Shown: positions 58,734-64,000 of the stretch, piece after piece | How the letters are laid out: every line of letters begins with the position of its first letter | Numbering within the stretch: the first letter of the stretch is position 1 | The notes under the pieces: model-generated | Databases searched by the model: none | What the model saw: the letters and a program-made list of their open reading frames with translations, nothing else | What the model was told of the DNA's origin: nothing | From: the human T2T-CHM13v2.0 reference genome, Homo sapiens | Assembly (NCBI RefSeq): GCF_009914755.1 | Contig: NC_060931.1 | DNA length: 64,000 nt | Strand: one strand, 5' to 3' | Position numbers and translations under genes: made by a program

Positions 58734-58853
58734 TTAAAGGAGGGGAGAGAATGAAAACAGATTTCTAGGAATCCTACCAAATGCTTTCAGTAGTACAATA
58801 GCCCATATTTTATAGGTATGATCATCATCTATACATCTATCTAACTTTCTTCC

Positions 58854-59184
<331 letters not shown>

Positions 59185-59703
59185 TGAAATTGTCTGTGGT
59201 AACAAAGCTTTGATTTTATTTAGGTACTTATTTTTTAATGTTAAGCATGTTTAGATAGGATTCATTTTACAGCAATATTTTAAAAGTCAGCTTTTCTGGA
59301 TTATGCCATTTTACAGAGAATTAGCTCTTATACAATATTTAAAACTTAATAAGATACTATTATTTTATACATTTACATCATATTCTTTCTTAGGATTAGG
59401 TCTGAAATAAATGGATGATATCTGGTTACTTCATCATTAATTCACATTAAAATACATATTTAACAATTTTTATTTCATTCGTTCAATCTGCACCACCATA
59501 AAACAAAATGCATTTTGCTAGATGCCTTCTGATTTATGAACAAAGTTAGCTAATGTGTACAAAAGTGTAATGTTATAATTACATATTATTTAAATCATAA
59601 ATACATTTCGGTTTTATCTCAACTCAAAAATATCCTGTTATAGAACTAATGTATTCTCTACGATCTGTATTTTTAACTGAAGTCATGCTAAGAAGTTGAA
59701 TAG

Positions 59704-59946
<243 letters not shown>

Positions 59947-60129
59947 TGATCATTTTAATGACAGGTCTAATGTAACTTGTTAATACATATATAACTTTTT
60001 ATGTTTTTGTTGAAATTGTATACTTTTCTCTAGCAAAAACTTTATTGATCTTTGGCCTATAACATGTTTTCTCTAGTTAATAATCCATCTTATAACAACA
60101 AAGAAGCAAATTAACTAAAACTGGAATCA

Positions 60130-61250
60130 CATTTTTTCTTCATATACTGAATTGAATATTTGATAATTTAAGTTTTTCAAATATGACTCCCAAATTTTTG
60201 TCTTCTATCTTGACCCCCAAATCCATACTTGAGCAGCCAAGTCCTAATAGCTATCTTCTCTTAGAGTCTAAAAGTCTTCTGAAATTTAGCAAATTAACAA
60301 TATGGTCTTGATTACCAGAGACAAACCAACTCCTTTCCCAGGCTTCCACTCAGTAAATGGTTCTTTGGCTCTTGGCAAAAACCTAGAATTTGTCCTGATT
60401 CTTCTTTCTTGAGTGCCACACTATCTATCCTTAGCATCTCCTCTACCACCTCTCATCTGGACCACTGAATGTTCTTCCTATTATTCTGTCTTCTATGCTC
60501 CGTGCCTCCCTCGACCACCACCAATCAGTTCACCTCACAGTAGCCAGAGTGATCATTTCTTTCCTTAAAAATATAAATTGGGCTGTGATGTTCCTACCGT
60601 TGTTTCCCAACTCCTTTAGATTAAAATCTGGCTCAAAGTCTGTCATTACCTCTTGGTTGCCTACCTCAGCCCTGGTGTTGCTCCACTTTCTCCTTTTCTC
60701 ACAGAGCTCTAGGGCTTGGGCTTTAGAGTTTGGCCTGGACTCTCCTTCTGTCTGCCACCCACCTCCTTCTGACCTCCATGCTGTTGGCTCCTCCTCTCAT
60801 CTGGATCTTCACTCTGTCTTCCCAGTCTTAAGAAATAAGCCCTCCCAGTCTTAAGAAATAAATAAGCCTTCCCAGTGTTAAGAAATCTAAAGATTCCAAC
60901 CAGGCATTCTAAGTTGCACCATTATCTTTTCATATCCTGTATTGCATGAATGCTACTAGGTTTTGTGTTTTTTAAAATTTGTTTGGTTGGTTTTTCTTAT
61001 ATATGTTTTCTCTCTTCTGACAAGGAACATGTTCCATAAGAAATTGTAAGCCTTTCCATCTTGGTCACTATGATATCCCCAGGACCTAGACCAGTTCCTA
61101 TGGTTTATTTCGTAAGCACTAGATAACAATATGTTAAATGAATGAACTTTTCTGTGTCTCACTGTCCTCATTGTGAAATAGGGATAATAATAACTAACTG
61201 GTAGGACTGCCGTAAGAATCAAATGATTCATAGTACCTAATGGACAGCAA
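60130..61250 (+). mobile_element. L2 3' fragment ending in (TGAA)n, followed by a MIR fragment
   Basis: CAGTAGCCAGAGTGATCATTT, ATATCCCCAGGACCTAGACCAGTTCCT and ATGTTAAATGAATGAA, then CTCATTGTGAAATAGGGATAATA. Confidence 0.65.
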
Positions 61251-61769
61251 ATATATATGAGTTTCTTTCTCTCTCTTTTTTTTTTTTTTGATGTCAATAA
61301 GTTATGGGTCAAGGGCAGTGAATGCAAATTTCCCTTGTTGAAATAGGGCTTTCTTAATTACGTTCTGTCAAGTGGGCATAGTTACTCTCAGGGCTCATAA
61401 TATAGGCTCAAAATGAAATAGGAAATTTCACAATTACATGATTACTGTGATCAGTGTAAACAGCTACTGCGTATTTTTAGGGAAAAACCTCAATTTTCTA
61501 CCAATAGTAATTTGAGTCAATTTTATATTTCTTCTTTTTATCCATTCCCATCTCAGATTGCAACAGAAAATTTGTCTTTATTTCCTAGGAAGTTTGTTTT
61601 TTTCTTTATTTATTAATTTATAAGCTCAGCCTGAAATAAACTATACAAAGCATCTCTAGTTTACCCTTGAAATTTGAATTCTAAGTGCCAAACTGGCAGG
61701 CAAAAATTATTTAAATATTTTATTCTTACTATTACTATTAAAGTTTAAATTTCTAGGAGTTTTCTAGTA

Positions 61770-62111
61770 CAGTCATTTGTCATTTAATGATGGGAATACA
61801 TTCTGAGTAATACATAATTAAGGAATTTCATTTTTGTGCAAACATCATGGAGTGTACTTACACCAACCTAGATGGTATAGCCTACTGCAAACCTAGGCTA
61901 TATATGGCCTATGTATCCTAGGCTACAAACCTGTTCAGCATGTTACTGTGATGAAAACTATAAGCAATTGTAATTTGATAAGTATTTGTGTATTTGAATA
62001 TATCTAAACACAGAAAAGGTAAAATAAAAATACTGCATTATAATCTTATGAGACCACCCTCATATAAGTTGTCTGCCACTGACCTAAATGTTGCTACGTG
62101 GCACAAGACTG
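61770..62111. mobile_element. Tigger3a-like (MER7) TcMar element
   Basis: TA|CAGTCAT...AAGACTG|TA termini with TA TSD; internal AACCTAGATGGTATAGCCTAC. Confidence 0.85.
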
Positions 62112-64000
62112 TACTTAATTTGGTGGCTGACTTGTAAGGACAGAAACAGAATTGTCAATTTTCCTACAGATGTATGGTTGAAGTGATGTTACAGGATCAC
62201 AGCAAAATAGCCTCTACATTTTCCCCACTTGACCTCTAATAAAGACCGTCAGTCTTATCTTTATAAAAATAAGGCCTTCCCTCAACTCACAAATTTAATC
62301 CTATAAAATATTCTAAAAACACACGGTTTCCAGATACACCAGGAGTTTGCAATCTGACATCTGAAATGGTTGCACCTTTAAAAATCTGTAGTTTTCAGAC
62401 TGACATATTACCAAAGCAATGACTATTGTATAATTTGAATACTTTATCAATATCACATTTTTCTCATAATTACTAAAATGATAGAATAATAACTGAATTT
62501 CAAATCCAGGCAGAATGAAGTGCAACTTTATAATCTTTTATATCCTGTTAATTTCATAGAAATTGAACCTACTCATCTACATTATAATAACAAAGAAAAT
62601 AACACTGTTGGTAGATGCTATGTGGATGTAGAGATGAGGCTGTGTGTTATTTACCATTACTTCATAGGTTTGGAACTGTCAGACAATCACCAAAATCTTA
62701 TTTGCTGTTAAATTACGTGCCTCAATTACTGTAGTGGCTACAATGTGAGCTGGATGCTTCTTACTAGGTAATAGGCCCCCTGGGTACGTGGGTTCTCTTT
62801 AGATGTGGCTAAGAGAAACATGAAGACAGAAGACAAACCAATGCTGTGTGTACAGTTCACTGATGACTTTCTTTCACAAAAAGTTGCCTTAGTGACTAAG
62901 CTGCTAACCAAATTCTTCTTCTGTTTTCCTTTTCTGGCAATTATCAGTTAGTATTGATTTACTATCCAGAAATCCCTGTTGTTTATAACCTGTCGTGAGG
63001 CAAATAGTACCTAAGAAGACCACCCATGTTTTCTCTGGAAGCTATGAAGGGAGGGCAACTCACATTCACAGAAAGGCTCTTATGTGTTAGGTACTGTGTG
63101 AAATATCCAATATACATAATTTCACTTACCCTTCACTCCACCAGTAGGTGCATATGGCTTCTATTTTACAAATTAGAAAAACAGAAGCTCACCGAGAAAG
63201 TTAAAAAACTTCCTATTGTCACTTATCATTTGAATATTGACATTTCTGGATCTTATTCATTTTGCTTATTACAAGTTACAATAACAAAAGAAGTTGTATA
63301 AATTATATAGTGGTTTCTTCATGGATTAAGATTAGTCATAAGTTTTCAGTAATAGGCATTACAGATATTTCCCATATTTTATGCACATATCAAATAATAT
63401 TTACTTTTAATAAAAGGTCATAGATAACCTTTGGGGGTATACATTTTTAAAATTGTATTTCAGCCTTTTTTCATAAAACCTGATTTTCAGCCTCAATCAT
63501 CCAAAATTCTATCTCATTGCAGCTTATGTTACAAACCCAATCAAAACAAATAAATGAATAAAAATTAACACAGAGGATCAGACAATATAAAGATCAGAAG
63601 CAAATAAAATTAATTTAAAAATCTAAGTCTATTAACCTCAAACAAATAAAAGGAGATCATATCCCTAAAAATAAAAGGTAATTAAAAGAAATCAAGATAC
63701 CTGTTTTGTTCCCAAAATTACCACTGAATATACCATTTATAGGAAAACTATTTTTTAAATTTAAACTTCCCCATTTGTGGAAGTATAGGAGTGGATGGGA
63801 TGAGCACCAAGGTTTCTCTCACTTCATAAACTATTGTCATCTCTAGTTGGGAAAAGAATAAACTGAAATTGTCCAGAGGATGCTTTCTAGAAATTTTTTA
63901 TTTGTTAATTTTTGGAAACCATAAGAATTACAGAATTAGTTCTATCATTATGGAAAGATAAGAATTTATGCTGAAGATACAATTATATATATTTGTGGCC

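Overview
This is not prokaryotic DNA. It is AT-rich primate (human-like) genomic sequence lying entirely inside the SEMA3E (semaphorin-3E) gene on the minus strand. Three coding exons of the Sema domain are present with canonical AG/GT splice sites: 48377-48537, 27501-27560 and 24746-24865, which I recall as exons 2-4. The rest is intron, with many Alu, L1, L2, MIR, HAL1, MaLR/ERVL LTR and DNA-transposon relics. Two insertions stand out. (1) A two-LTR, internally deleted HERV-H provirus (17856-23649, + strand, CTAAT target-site duplication, tRNA-His primer-binding site) lies antisense to SEMA3E and ends about 1.1 kb from an exon. It has an intact 5' LTR TATA box, a consensus splice donor and a frameshifted ESRG-like reading frame. 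(2) A 5'-truncated retrocopy of RNF13 mRNA (last 39 codons, 3'UTR, AATAAA and poly-A; about 29118-30289) is inserted sense to SEMA3E inside an old L1; its coding remnant is too short for the ORF track. Smaller features include inverted Alu pairs and local tandem duplications. Gene and repeat family names come from recall, not database searches. I found no evidence of a wholly new biological system; most listed ORFs are artefacts of Alus or low-complexity DNA.
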